The translations under genes were made by a program, and so were the position numbers. DNA of 61,613 bases, counting the filler, from Sphacelaria rigidula (Eukaryota): NCBI GenBank assembly GCA_964200075.2. It is 9 parts of 9 records of this genome, joined end to end, with 100 filler letters (N's around TTAATTAATTAA, not from the genome) between each part and the next. Parts side by side here need not be neighbours in the genome. Positions count along the whole stretch, not along the records: positions 6,859 to 13,616 come from CAXNAA020018229.1; positions 13,717 to 20,473 come from CAXNAA020018230.1; positions 20,574 to 27,330 come from CAXNAA020018231.1; 6 more parts are not named here. One strand, given 5' to 3'. The notes under the pieces were generated by a model. It worked only from the letters and a program-made list of their open reading frames with translations. It ran no database searches and was not told the DNA's origin. Position 1 is the first letter of the stretch. Every line of letters begins with the position of its first letter. Below, piece after piece: positions 13,518-24,882 of the stretch.

Positions 13518-13616
13518 GGGTGTAATGCGTGAGAGGACCGCGTGCTTAGAGGAAAGCATGGGAATTCGAACATAATTAAGGTATGGGTTCGGGGTAGTGC
13601 TAGTGTCTGGGTGAGG
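13518..13616 (-). mobile_element. MITE family B (GGTGTAATGCGTGAGAGGACCGCG TIR), partial
   Basis: Reverse complement of 13800-13911. Cut by the contig end. Confidence 0.75.
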
Positions 13617-13716
13617 NNNNNNNNNNNNNNNNNNNNNNNNNNNNNNNNNNNNNNNNNNNNTTAATTAATTAANNNNNNNNNNNNNNNNNNNNNNNNNNNN
13701 NNNNNNNNNNNNNNNN
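13617..13716. other. Artificial contig spacer
   Basis: Same 100-nt N/TTAATTAATTAA spacer. Confidence 0.97.
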
Positions 13717-13911
13717 TGAGAGGACCGCGACGTAGTTCAAAACACCTCAGGATCGACGTTTTTCAAAACCAATCGGGTCAGCCCCTGCAGGTACCACGCC
13801 CCTGACCCTAACCCCAGCACTAACCCTAACCCTAACCCTAACCCTAACCATAGGGATGTTCAAATTCAGATGCGGTCCTCTAAGCACGCGGTTCTCTCAC
13901 GCATTACAACG
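13717..13911 (+). mobile_element. MITE family B with internal (CCCTAA)n
   Basis: GAGAGGACCGCG at the left and GCGGTCCTCTAAGCACGCGGTTCTCTCACGCATTACAACG at the right. Four perfect CCCTAA (13824-13847) plus degenerate copies. Confidence 0.75.
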
Positions 13912-14463
13912 GTTCAACGCTGATAGCTCCGAACGTCTCGTGACTTGTGTCGCCGAGGTGAAGTTTGCCGGTTTGCTTTCAGGAGTGGAGAACACGAAAG
14001 TGATTTCTTCCACTCGTGCAACGACCCTGACCCCATGGGGCCCATGAAGTAATTGCTCTCCAAACCCGCCATCATCGAAAGGTGCGGGGTATGCCATATG
14101 CAGCCCAGTCGCACACCGTGAATCGCTTTTTCTTTGTCAACGTCGTCTACATCATCCTCACTTCTTCCACGATGGTCGTGCTAATTGTTTGAATATTCTC
14201 TGCTGCTTCGTTTTTGCGGTATGTGAGTGAAAGGGTCAAGTGGGGTTCGTGTTGTGGGCGACGCCCGCAACTACTGCCACTTTTCGTCTCCTTGACTGCT
14301 GATGTTGAGAAGAACGGTGAATGTGGGGTGGAACGTAGTGGGCGTGTGCTTCCCGAGTGCAACAGGTAAACAGTACAAGCACACAACAATATATCAGTGC
14401 AGTCGCTGGAGCAACTACATTTCCGCCACACCGACCACTCGCGGGCTTGTGAATATGTACTCA

Positions 14464-14653
14464 GGCCGTGTCTTATCAAATTGTTTTCGACTCGAAAACG
14501 TACCGTGGAATCGAATTCGCTCGTTTCTGATTCGTCCACGCTGCTCATTTTCTCAGATGGTTGAGAACATAGATGCCGTGGACGTATCAGGTACGAGCAA
14601 ATATGATTCCACCGTAAGTTTTCGAGTCGAAAACAATTTGATAAGACACGGCC
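14464..14653. mobile_element. PIF/Harbinger-like MITE (190 bp)
   Basis: 36-bp perfect TIR GGCCGTGTCTTATCAAATTGTTTTCGACTCGAAAAC. Perfect 3-bp TSD TCA. Confidence 0.9.
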
Positions 14654-14699
14654 TCAAGTTAGAGGTCATTTCATATTGGCGAAATCGTCATTCGAAGAT

Positions 14700-16330
14700 G
14701 ACGTCTGTATTTGTGATTGATACGATTGGCTCGATTACGGGTCATTTTTTCTGCAGTAGATAGTGGTCGGTCCATTTTACAGATATAAAGTGCCCAAAAT
14801 CGAGCTCCATTCACCCCCATAACAATGGTAAGCGGTCTAACTATTAAGAGGTGTTTTGGGGTTTTCCTCGCGTGCGAATCTTCGATAGAACTCGAAATTG
14901 CTAGCGTCGGTAGATTTTGGTACAACAAAACAGATCATCTTCAAAACACAGTGCTCGAGTCAAAGTAAGTTGGTGTTAGCGGGCGATACGAGTATATACC
15001 CCCTTTATCAGGAGGGTGTTATTGACCGTGAACACACAGTTTTTCGGCCCTAGTGCACTGAGTAGGCAGAGTTTCAAGAAAATAACACTGTATATTTCTT
15101 TACAAATATGATCGGGACGGGCTCGATCGACCGAAATTATAGAAGAGTAAGAATCTGGGCTGAAACGTGGCAGGACCCCCCATGACCGGTCAGCCCATAA
15201 GTCACTCAATACTGAGTACAGATGATTTTTTCTTGGAATGTGGAGCGGATACAAATATCTTGAGATCCATTATGTGATCAGCGGTGGCAAGCGAAAAGAG
15301 CCCAAGAAAATTGCCAATTTCGAAAGAATCCCGAAATGCCGCAGAATGAATAGTTAGACCGCCCACTACTGTAGGCCGTCCGCATGGAACATTTCCCAAC
15401 TTTGTGCTCGAAGCAATACGGGGTGCACTAGACCCGTTTTCATACAAGGGCTTACTTACCGTATTTTGGGCCAGAATGACGGTTTTCCAGCTGTAGCAAA
15501 CGCCGGAAATTACAAGCACCAATCCATAACGATTATTCACCGGAACGATCGGGATTGCTTACATGGAGCGAAAACACCCGAAGATTCAGAAGCTGGGGCT
15601 GTGTAGTCGCAAGACGAAAGACCCCCGATGATCGGTTAGCCCCAAGTTTCCCGATACGATACTGATGGAAATGATTCTCCGTTCGTAGTCGAGTGTACCT
15701 ATAGAGTTTAGTTCACCACTTGTTTAGTCCACCACTTAGTTGCTGAGAAAAATTCTCGGAAATTTATAATTTCGAATCACTCCAACTCTAACCCTCACCC
15801 CAACCAAGGCATACCGAGAACCCTAGCGCAAGGGGGATGCAAAGTATTCCCTTGGCAAAGTGTGCGTTACCAGACCTCAAATCGGCGCCTGCGGCGTCGA
15901 TTTGGACGAGAACGCGTTCTTCGTACCCCAGGAGCACAGCCCCCATTAAAGATACGGATTTTGATGATTACACTAAAACCAAGTAAGAAAATTCCGTACC
16001 GATATCTCTCGAATCCCAAATTTGGCGAGGAAACGCTTGCCGTTGTGGGTTATGGTAACAACATATAAATATATGTGATAGTTGCGGAAGTGGCTTTCTT
16101 CACAGCAGAGTGAAGTACTTGTAACAATGAAGCCCATGGATTCAACATAGGTACTGTGGTTTTGATGGGTATGAACTCTTGCGCATAGCCAAGCCTTATT
16201 ACCATGGCGCAGCGCGTGGAGGTCTGCTGGCCGTGCTTTTGAAGCAAAGCACGGTTGGACTTTTTCGGAAGAAAAATAAAAGTTTTGGGGAATGTCGAAA
16301 TCGTTCTGATTCACTTGAACGTCTTGGAAT
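14700..16330 (-). pseudogene. Probable decayed MULE/FAR1-type transposase
   Basis: Minus-strand NNRYGLVLVISGVCYSWKTVILAQ resembles the MULE motif TNRYxxPLxxFxGVxxxxKTVILAQ. Upstream WLCARVHTHQNH resembles the FAR1-domain WxVxxxxxxHNH. Order is correct, with many stops. By-eye similarity only. Confidence 0.45.
15750..16000 (+). mobile_element. Dispersed repeat family A, copy 2
   Basis: AATTCTCGGAAATTTATAATTTCGAAT-CACTCCAACTCTAACCCTCACCCCAAC... matches 28173-28440. Confidence 0.7.
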
Positions 16331-16459
16331 AGTGTGACAATCCTAAGCCAAGCTCTGCCGTGTATCTTTTTTCACCTCTTTGAACCCGGCTTCTCAATTC
16401 ATCCGGTACAAATTCAGCCGTGGACACAACATCGCATGTGCCCGAGATGTCAATGTATG

Positions 16460-16491
<32 letters not shown>

Positions 16492-17576
16492 GGGCTGGTC
16501 CCACTGCTTGGAGATCGCAGCGGGGCACTCTTTTCAACCCTTTGACTGCCAGAGGTGGTCCATTTGTTTTATCGGCACCATGTTCACTTCAAACTGACTG
16601 ACCATGATGCCGATTCCGTGAATGGCCGTTCTGTACCGTAGTGACACGTCCCCCTTCGGAGAAATCGACAAAGCGCCCTTCCCACAATGTCTGGCTATTC
16701 TTCGCTTGAGGTCTGAGACGTGGGACCTGAAATTCTAAGGGGAGGTTCGAATCGGCAACTTCATGGCCATGAAAACGGGAGTTTGGTTGTTGGTTTTGGA
16801 ATCAGGTGTATTTGATCGGAATCTCCGAGAGGAGGTCCGCCTTCATCTCTGAAGCTCTCCACAATTGAAAAAAGAAGTCATCGATCATCGTCTTCACCTT
16901 GTCGATGTGCGCCACTTTCTGAAAACTTTCAGATTCCAGCTAAGACCCACTTTTATGGCAATGCATTTCGATTTTTATGGGACCCCGATTTTAAAAAAAT
17001 CGGCGGGACCGTTTTATGGTACAGACAGTATAGTACCACAGGTTTGTGAATCGGTTCTGTACACACACGGTCATTCTCTGCATGAGTTTGGTACTGCGTA
17101 CTAGTGCATGAAACCGAAGAGCAGGCAGGCAGTGAACAATCCTTCGAGTACAGTGTCGTACCTTGATACCCTAGGGTAATACAGTGCAGGNNNNNNNNNN
17201 GCAGGACACTTCATCAGTACAGTACATGATAATGCCGTGTGGTAGTACATGATGGCACAGCCGGTATTGCGAGAACAGAGAACAAACAGTGCGCGAGCAG
17301 AGTCCAGTGGTGCAGTGTCGTACATCACACCTCAAGTACAGCGACGATAGCTAGGAGAGTTCAGTAGCGTTCGTTATAGTGATACATATGGCAGCGCAGC
17401 GCAGCACAAAATATTACCATCGCCACAAGGTACGGCGTCAGCACTTATTATCCGCTTGTCAAACCGTGCGAAGTTACTTCAGCAGCTGCTCTTCCGCTGC
17501 CGTTGCAAATATATCAAACGCCGCGTACTCTAGCATTGTACGTCAATCCACGTACGTCACCTCAAAAATATCGGGG

Positions 17577-17766
17577 GGAGCCACGATCATGGAACGATTT
17601 CCCCCCATTTTTTCGAAAAAATCGGGGGAAACCGTTCCATGATCGTGACTCCCCGTTTTTTTCGCCCCCGATTTGGTCCGAATCCGTGTCCATAAAATAC
17701 GTCCCTTGATTTGGAAAAATCGGGGGAAAACGTTCCGAGATCGTGACTCCACGACTTTTCCCCCCC
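17577..17766. repeat. Palindromic repeat cluster (76-bp hairpin plus a further arm)
   Basis: GGAGCCACGATCATGGAACGATTTCCCCC..TTTTTTCGAAAAAATCGGGGGAAACCGTTCCATGATCGTGACTCC, with the right arm repeated at ~17714-17750. Confidence 0.8.
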
Positions 17767-18025
17767 TGATGCTCGAAAAAATCGAGATTCGTGACTGCCA
17801 TACAAAGTGGTCTAATTCCGTACTCTCGGGCGGAAAATCCAAGATACAGTATGTATGTTCCCAACGACGAGAATCTCATGCTTTTTCCGTAGTAGTAGGC
17901 GTATTCCCAAATATTTGTGTGATGATGACTCTCGAACGACGATCAATTGGAGATGTTCAAACTTTTCGAACAGGTTTCTATCGTCATTCTGGCCTTGGTG
18001 TCAACGATACCTGTACCAACTTCCA

Positions 18026-18227
18026 GGCCGTGTCTGGGGCCGTGTCTTATCAACTTGTTTTCGACTCGAAAACGTACGGTGGAATCGAATTTGCTCGTAC
18101 GTGATACGTCCACGGCATCCATATTCTCAACCATCTGAGAAAAAATATAGTGTGGACGAATCAGAAGGGAGCGAATTCGATTCGACCGCACGTTTTCGTC
18201 ACGAAAACAGTTTGATAAGACACGGCC
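18026..18227. mobile_element. Second, inverted copy of the 14464 Harbinger-like MITE
   Basis: Same TIR. Interior is the reverse complement of 14500-14620. Left terminus GGCCGTGTCT is duplicated. Flanks CCA/TCA. Confidence 0.85.
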
Positions 18228-20473
18228 TCATCATTTTTTTTCGGCTCGAACGAGTCCGTGCGGCGGAATTTATTTAGCTCGTTTTGCTGCGTTTGGATCG
18301 GAGCGAATTTGCACGCTTTGAATCGAAAAGGCTAAGCGAAGTTCGTGAAGCGGTACCTGTTCACTTGTATTCAATACAGAAAACGGTACAGGGCGTGTCT
18401 TAGCACTGTTTTTTTTCTCCATCGAAAAAGTGCGGTCGATTTTCCTTTGCCCATCTCATAGGTCCACCGCACTTATGTCCCCAGAAGGCTTCAACTCAAA
18501 ATTATAATTGGCGGCGCGCGGAGACAAACTGGCAAAGACAAAGAAGTATTCCTTTTCGATCGAAAACATGCGGGTCGAAAGACACGAAGCAGCACTTGAC
18601 TCCTGTCTTACAGACCACCGCGCCAGATAACACCTCTTCGCAGGACCATGCTAACTCCATCTACCTCATTCTTAGCTACCACCGCAACCCTGCAGCATAT
18701 AGAGCACGAGTTGAGCCCAGGGATAGATACACTGCAGTAGTTGGGTGCGCTTTGTTTATTTTTTGTTGGCGAAAACTTGCGCATCTTCTCTCACGGCAGG
18801 GATCAGCGACGGAACTGCGTGGTACGGCGGGCAAGCGAGTTGCGTGCACGCTCATGGACAGCGCAGGCAGTACAAAGCTGCACGTTGTTGAAGTCCTTTT
18901 CACGTCGCATTGTAAGCAGGAGAACTGGTAGTCCTGGGTTGTCTGCACTGCACGTTGCCCGCTTCTCTTTTATATCCTTCTGTACGAAACACGCACACAC
19001 GCACTCAAGATAATGCACTGCTTGCAAGCAGTGCAGACGATACAGACTGTACTGTACACGAGTGACCATGTAGCGTTCAACGAATTTCACCGTCTTTTTT
19101 CGATCGAAAGCTTGAAAGTCCGTCTGGCCCCAACTGCATCAAAACGAGAAGTATTTGCTCATATCGATTCCACCGCCCCATTGTGTGGATCGAATAAAAG
19201 GTGTCAAGACACGCCCACAGACAGCACAGACAGTACTGCCTGTACTGTCTGCATAGTGCGTGTGTTTCGTACAGCATGCGGGCGCGATATGGAAAAGAAG
19301 CGCGCAACGTGACATACAGACAGCAGAGGAGAGCTGTCTGTATTCTCTGTGTACAAGAGGATGTGAAGAAGATTTGAAGCGCGTGCAGTTCTGCCCTGCC
19401 TCTACTGTCCGTAATCGTGTTCCTACTTCGGTCGACCACCCCACGACGCAAGTCCATCAGTGAACCCCACCACAAAAATAGATACCCAGATGTTCGCCAA
19501 CAAAGAAAAAACACATAATGCCAAGAGGGTGGTGGTGTTGGTTCTATATCACTGCAGTGTATGTTTCCCTATGCTCAGTTCGTGATCTATGCTCCAGGGT
19601 TGAGCTGGTAGCTGCGAATGAAATATGTGGAAGGGTGGTATCCGGCATGGTTGTCTGCAACATAGGAGTCATGTGTCGCTCCGTTCGTTTCCGCCGCTGG
19701 TTCTCAACTGAAAAAGCTAGCAAAATGAACATGTAGCGGGACAGAAGCTGGTTGGTTCGAAAAGCGGGCGAAGTCCGCATCACAAGCCAAACCTCCCACA
19801 CACAGATTAGCGTGACCCAAAGTGGATTTAAAGAAGCACACCTATGGCCGAGTGTTCGAACTCGGCGTTGGACCAAAATTGAAGACCTCTCCACGATTAG
19901 ACGGAGGACTAAAACATGAGACATTTCCTGTTTCACTACTGAACCGCAGCAAAAACACTCAGGCCCTCTCTCATGTGTTGCTTCCACTGTACTGTTGTGG
20001 TGTGTTCACGCATTGCGAAGACGATTTGGATTGCATGAGCTGCGATATTGTCGTTGTGTTGGTATCTGCAGAAAAAAATTGTTAGTCGGCACACAGTACA
20101 GTGCTGGCTGCACACTGTTGAAAACTTCATGGATGTGTTGGCTGTTTCGTCTTCGGTAAGACATACAGCGCGCTGTCCGTTGCTGCGACACTCCTGCTGG
20201 TGCTGTGCGTTTGGCGCCTGTACTGTACCGTACTGCTGTATTGGATTGGAAAGCGCTACGAGATTAGACCGCACGAACACTAGCTTTTAGACTACTCCCC
20301 TGGCGATTCCCAAGCGAAATATAGCGATCTGATTGGTAGTTACCGAGCAAATCTGCCCCGCTCCGCATGCAGTCTGCGAAAAAGCTAAGCTTTCACGGTT
20401 AGGACAAATCATCACGACTCAAAATCACCAAATCCACGATTTCTGCGGCCTGATTGCCCAAAAGGGGGGGAAA

Positions 20474-20573
20474 NNNNNNNNNNNNNNNNNNNNNNNNNNN
20501 NNNNNNNNNNNNNNNNNTTAATTAATTAANNNNNNNNNNNNNNNNNNNNNNNNNNNNNNNNNNNNNNNNNNNN
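20474..20573. other. Artificial contig spacer
   Basis: Same 100-nt spacer. Confidence 0.97.
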
Positions 20574-20588
20574 ATATAGCTCTAGACT

Positions 20589-20939
20589 CTACCGAACATT
20601 GTATTCAACAAGATCTATCGATATCCGCTGAAAAGGTCTGTTCACAGGTACGTGGCCTACAGGCAATTTCGGACGGTTATGGGCCGTCTTTCTTCTCTGA
20701 CATGAGTGGCAACGTTGCCACCACTTTCGCACATCTTGGCTTAATGTCGGCCAATAATATTTGTTCTTAATCTCTTCATACGTCGGTTTGAATCCAAGGT
20801 TACCTCCAGATAACACATGATCGTGATAAAAGTGCAAAACGAAATCAACCAGAGTTTCTGGTAGCACTAGTCTATCGCGGTCGGTGCTTTCTTTTTCGAA
20901 GGTTTCCTGGCAAGTATGGCCTGAACAAAATACCGTCAC
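20589..20939 (-). pseudogene. Gypsy integrase zinc-binding (H2C2) region and start of core
   Basis: RLVLP...YHDHVLSGGNLGFKPTYEEIKNKYYWPTLSQDVRKWWQRCHSCQRRK...RPFQRISIDL. The second His is mutated. Confidence 0.9.
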
Positions 20940-21483
20940 GGAGCAAAAAGTAGGACATGGAGGTCAGTGTCTCCTTTTCCGATAACGGTGCGCCGTCGTC
21001 TGTCAGATATTGAATATAAGAGCCATATTATTTTGCCTGTTCGGTTCGCAACTTGTCTTTGTTTACAGACGTGAAAATATGTGTAGCGCTCTTGTGGGTA
21101 GCATTGACGGTGAACACGTCTGTGTCGCTCTGTACTGATTTGAGATTATCCACTTTATCCGCTGAAATTTGAAACGGTTGGGGCAGTTTCTTCGCGTGCA
21201 ATTTGAGGTCCTGTGGGACGTTCCGACTAATTGGCGCGAGCAGGGGTTGGACCTCACTATTCTGGTCTTTTTCAAACCAAAAGAGCCTTGACAGAGTGTA
21301 CGGAACGATATTTGATTTTTCCGGTTTGTGCCTCACAGTGAAGTCAAACGACTGTTAAGTTATCGCCCATCTTGTCAACATGTTACTCGTGTCTTGCATG
21401 GAATAGAGGTAGCGTAGTGCTGCATGATTTGTCACACACGTGAAATATCTTCCCCATGAAAAGGGTCTGCAGTGTTGTATAGT

Positions 21484-22428
21484 TCACACAACTGCATAAC
21501 ATTCTTTCAGTATAGCGGAGTAGTGCCGCTGAGCATGATTGAAACGATGACTGAAATACGCTACGATTGCAGTTTTGCCCCCCTTATCCTGCGTCAGCAC
21601 CGACCCAGCAACCTCTCCAGACGAGTCCACTTGAATGGTGAACTCCTTTGAAGAGTCTGAAAAATGAAGGACAGGAGCGGCGGTGAAAAGCCTTTTTACT
21701 TCCGCGAAAGCTGCATGGTGTTCGTGATTCCAGCGTTTTGCTACTTCCTTGGCTGCCTCTTGCTTCGTGAGATCCACCAACGGAGCGATTTCCTGTGCGA
21801 GGTTGGGAATAAATTTCCTTACAAAATTAATCGTCCCTAGTACCGAGCGCAATTGCTTGATGTACGTTGGTGTGGGTAAATCCAACATGGCTTTTACGCG
21901 GTCTTCCCCAATTTTGACCCCTTCAGCGGACAAAGTGTGGCCGAGGTACTTGACCTCCTTAGGGCCAAACTGTGCTTTAGAGGGCTTTAGAATAAGACCT
22001 CCTTTTTTCAGTGCTTTGAACATATCTTCCAGTAGAGTCAGGTGACTGTCCCATGTGGAGGAGCAGACGATCAAATCATCCATGTACACGAACATACTGC
22101 TGCTGGGTCCAAAGTGTGAGAAAGTAAGAGCCATTATTCGCGAGAAAATGAAGGGGGAAGATGCCAGGTCGAACGGCAGTCTGTCGAAAACCCACTCATC
22201 TTTCTCTGTAACAAGGGTCGTTTCTTCTTTCTCCCCCTCCGCTACTGGGATCTGATGGAACGCGCTCTGTACATCAAAGACAGAGATAATTTTTGCGCCT
22301 GCCACCGTATCTACATGACTTTCCAAATTAGGCATTTGCCATGATTTTTGCACAAGACTTTTACTGAACGTGGATCTGTAGTCGACACAAAAGCTGGCGG
22401 TACCGTCATGTTTAGCTACTATTGTCAC
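21484..22428 (-). pseudogene. Gypsy reverse transcriptase and N-terminal RNase H
   Basis: FCVDYR, FDVQSAFHQI, LPFDLASSP, YMDDL, VKYLGH, LRSVLGTINFVRKFIPN, AYFS...YSA..KEC. RNase H continues with stops to ~21330. Confidence 0.93.
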
Positions 22429-24199
22429 TGCAGAGCCCCATGGAATTGGCCCTGTACGGGACCCTATCGACGGGTTTCGTGTCCAGAAGTAGGAGCAAAG
22501 TTGCCTCTCTGATTGTACAAAAGCTTAGCTCCCGCTGTGACAGTGAGAAGACTGCCCTGTATTTGACGCATAAATCGACCACTTGGCTCTTCTGGTTTCC
22601 AGAAAATGTGGTATCTTCGAATGAATTTCAGAGCGCTGTTGTCAGTTCTTCTCGTGCGTCAGTATTTTGCTATTCAACTTGTGAAATTGGACTGACGTTT
22701 TCCGTCGGCTTATTTGTTTCAACTTGTGAAATTTCACCGGCGTTTTCCGGCGGGTCATTTTTTCGACTTGTGAGATGTATCCCAAAAGCAACTTTCTTGG
22801 GAGTTGGACGTGTCGGTTCGACGGATTTTCTTCTTGTACCATAGCTGTTTTGTTGACCGCTGATCAGGTGCAGGTTGTGCGTGCCACAACGAGGCGGTCA
22901 AAAGCATCCGGTACTTTCTTGGATTGGAGGTCTTCATCCGTTACAATTTGTGGCTCAATGACCGCTTCAGTTGTAAATTTTGGCGACTCATTTGTTTCGA
23001 CAAGAAGGTGTCATGAAGATGCATATTAGCCTGTTGTCATGCCGCTTCAGACCCGTTGTCGAGTCTGGCTATTTGCTTCCCTGAGTTTCGGTAGCCAAGA
23101 TTGCAGGTCTGTTCAGAGTTGTTCGGGTACGAATATGAGCTTGTATATTGGTAAGAGATGGCGAGCCAGATCGGCTGGAACCGATATAGCTCGCCCATCC
23201 TCCCCACTACCAATTGCTCCCCTACTGCTTTCCAGCAAAAGAAGTCTCATCATCGGTGAGACGTATTGACTGGGTTGGATTGGGTTAATTGATTGGGTAC
23301 TGGAGTTAGAATCAAGGCAATCAAGAAGAAGTTAAAAGGACCACCGCGTGAACTACTTGTCTGATATTCGGACGCAAAGCTTGTGTGCGGCTTTTACAAG
23401 CTATAGCAGCCTGTCGGTTGTTTGCTCGCCTTGTAAGCTTGTGCCCTGGGTTGCAAGCTGCGTCCCTGCAATATACTACCGCTTGCTCTTCATTACATTG
23501 GCGTTTGACTGAGGAGCTTCTTCTTTGGCTATCGCGTTTCCTTCTTGATACCGATTTGTATCCCTGCTGCCCAGCGCGTAACCCCAGCTGTGTGATCATT
23601 TTGCCCCCTTCCGTTTCCTTCGGGACAGTTATAGTCGAATCCATCACTTTCGATAGTGTGTAGCTTCTAAATCTTCTGCCCCGTGTGTCCCTTGGTAAAG
23701 ACTATTCGTGCCCTGCTACTTGCAACTTACTGTAGCGCTTGACTGCACATCTTGTGCTACGTGGGATCAACGTGCACTGCTTGCTACTTTCGCCGTGCTG
23801 TCAATTTGGACATCGCCTGCACAAGGTTGCACAGCATCAGCTCCGACTGCACATGGTGAATCTCTTGGTGGTTCATTCAGTCAGGCACGATCAACGCGCC
23901 AAGCCATCGTTGGCTCGTTTATTTGGTCTTGTTGCCCCCCCCTTTCCTTCTGCTGAAGAAGTCTTCTACTACAGGTTTGTACGGAACACCAGTGCACAAA
24001 GGCGCACTGTTGTTCATAGCCAGCCGCTGGCCCTGACCTGAGCTCCTACCAAGTCAGCACGCTACTGCTCTTATTTTTCAGTATCGATTGTACGCGACTG
24101 TTGTATCTTTCCTTCACGAAGTTACTGAACAAGTACAACCCGTGCTCCCACATTGTGACAAGGGACATCTGTACACGAAATTTGGACCCGTTCCGGCAC

Positions 24200-24320
24200 T
24201 TTAACTTCGTTGCTTGTAGCTACTTTGTTGTTGTTGTAGCTTTAACTTCGTCGCTTGTAGCTACTTTGTTGTTGTTGTAGCTTTAGCTTCGTAACTTGTG
24301 GCTACTTTGTTGTTGTTGTC
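24200..24320. repeat. 39-bp tandem repeat x3
   Basis: TTTAACTTCGTYGCTTGTAGCTACTTTGTTGTTGTTGTAGC-type unit. Confidence 0.85.
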
Positions 24321-24882
24321 CTCTTCTGTACTTCGCACAACAGTAAGGCAACGCGGTACATCACCGTGGTAAGTAACAATACACAGCACAACGTACTGTG
24401 AGTTTTTCTCCTTTGATCTCCTCTCGAACGAACAAATTTATTTTTCTGAGACGGTTTCGTTGCGATAATACTCGTTGAAACATTTCAAACTTACGTTACG
24501 TGCTCATTTGAACAGACAGCACTCGAAACCAGTGCCCCTTGCCTGAGCACTACAATTTTTCGGCACCCGCTCTCAGCGTTGCCCCTGTTGTGCACCACGT
24601 CACCCTTGTTCCACATACAAACATCGCCTCAACTCCGTCGGGTAACAAGCCTTCGCTCTGCACTACGCAGTCCGATTTCGCGGTCTACAACCCAAGCTTT
24701 GTAAAAGCTTTTTGTGCTGCCTCACGCTGCACAATTTTCGTGCCCATCCGAAAAAATATATACATTTTCATTTGCACACCGCCAGTCGTCCCTCAGCTTG
24801 TGCCGGGATAATACAGTTATAGTCTGCCCGTGATGCTACACCCGGAACACGTGTAAGTTATACGACTCCCAGGTACCAACGC

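Larger units (their letters stand above)
20574..24830 (-). mobile_element. Degenerate Ty3/gypsy LTR retrotransposon (3' part cut by contig start)
   Basis: RT-RNaseH-integrase order on the minus strand. Possible LTR boundary at 24154 (minus strand ...TGTCACA then ATGTGGGAGC). The right limit is approximate. gag and protease are not recognisable. Confidence 0.85.

Noticed and set aside
13518..13911. Apparent single TIR element spanning the second spacer
   Set aside because: The halves lie on different contigs and both contain the same (CCCTAA-proximal) end of family B, so they are separate copies.
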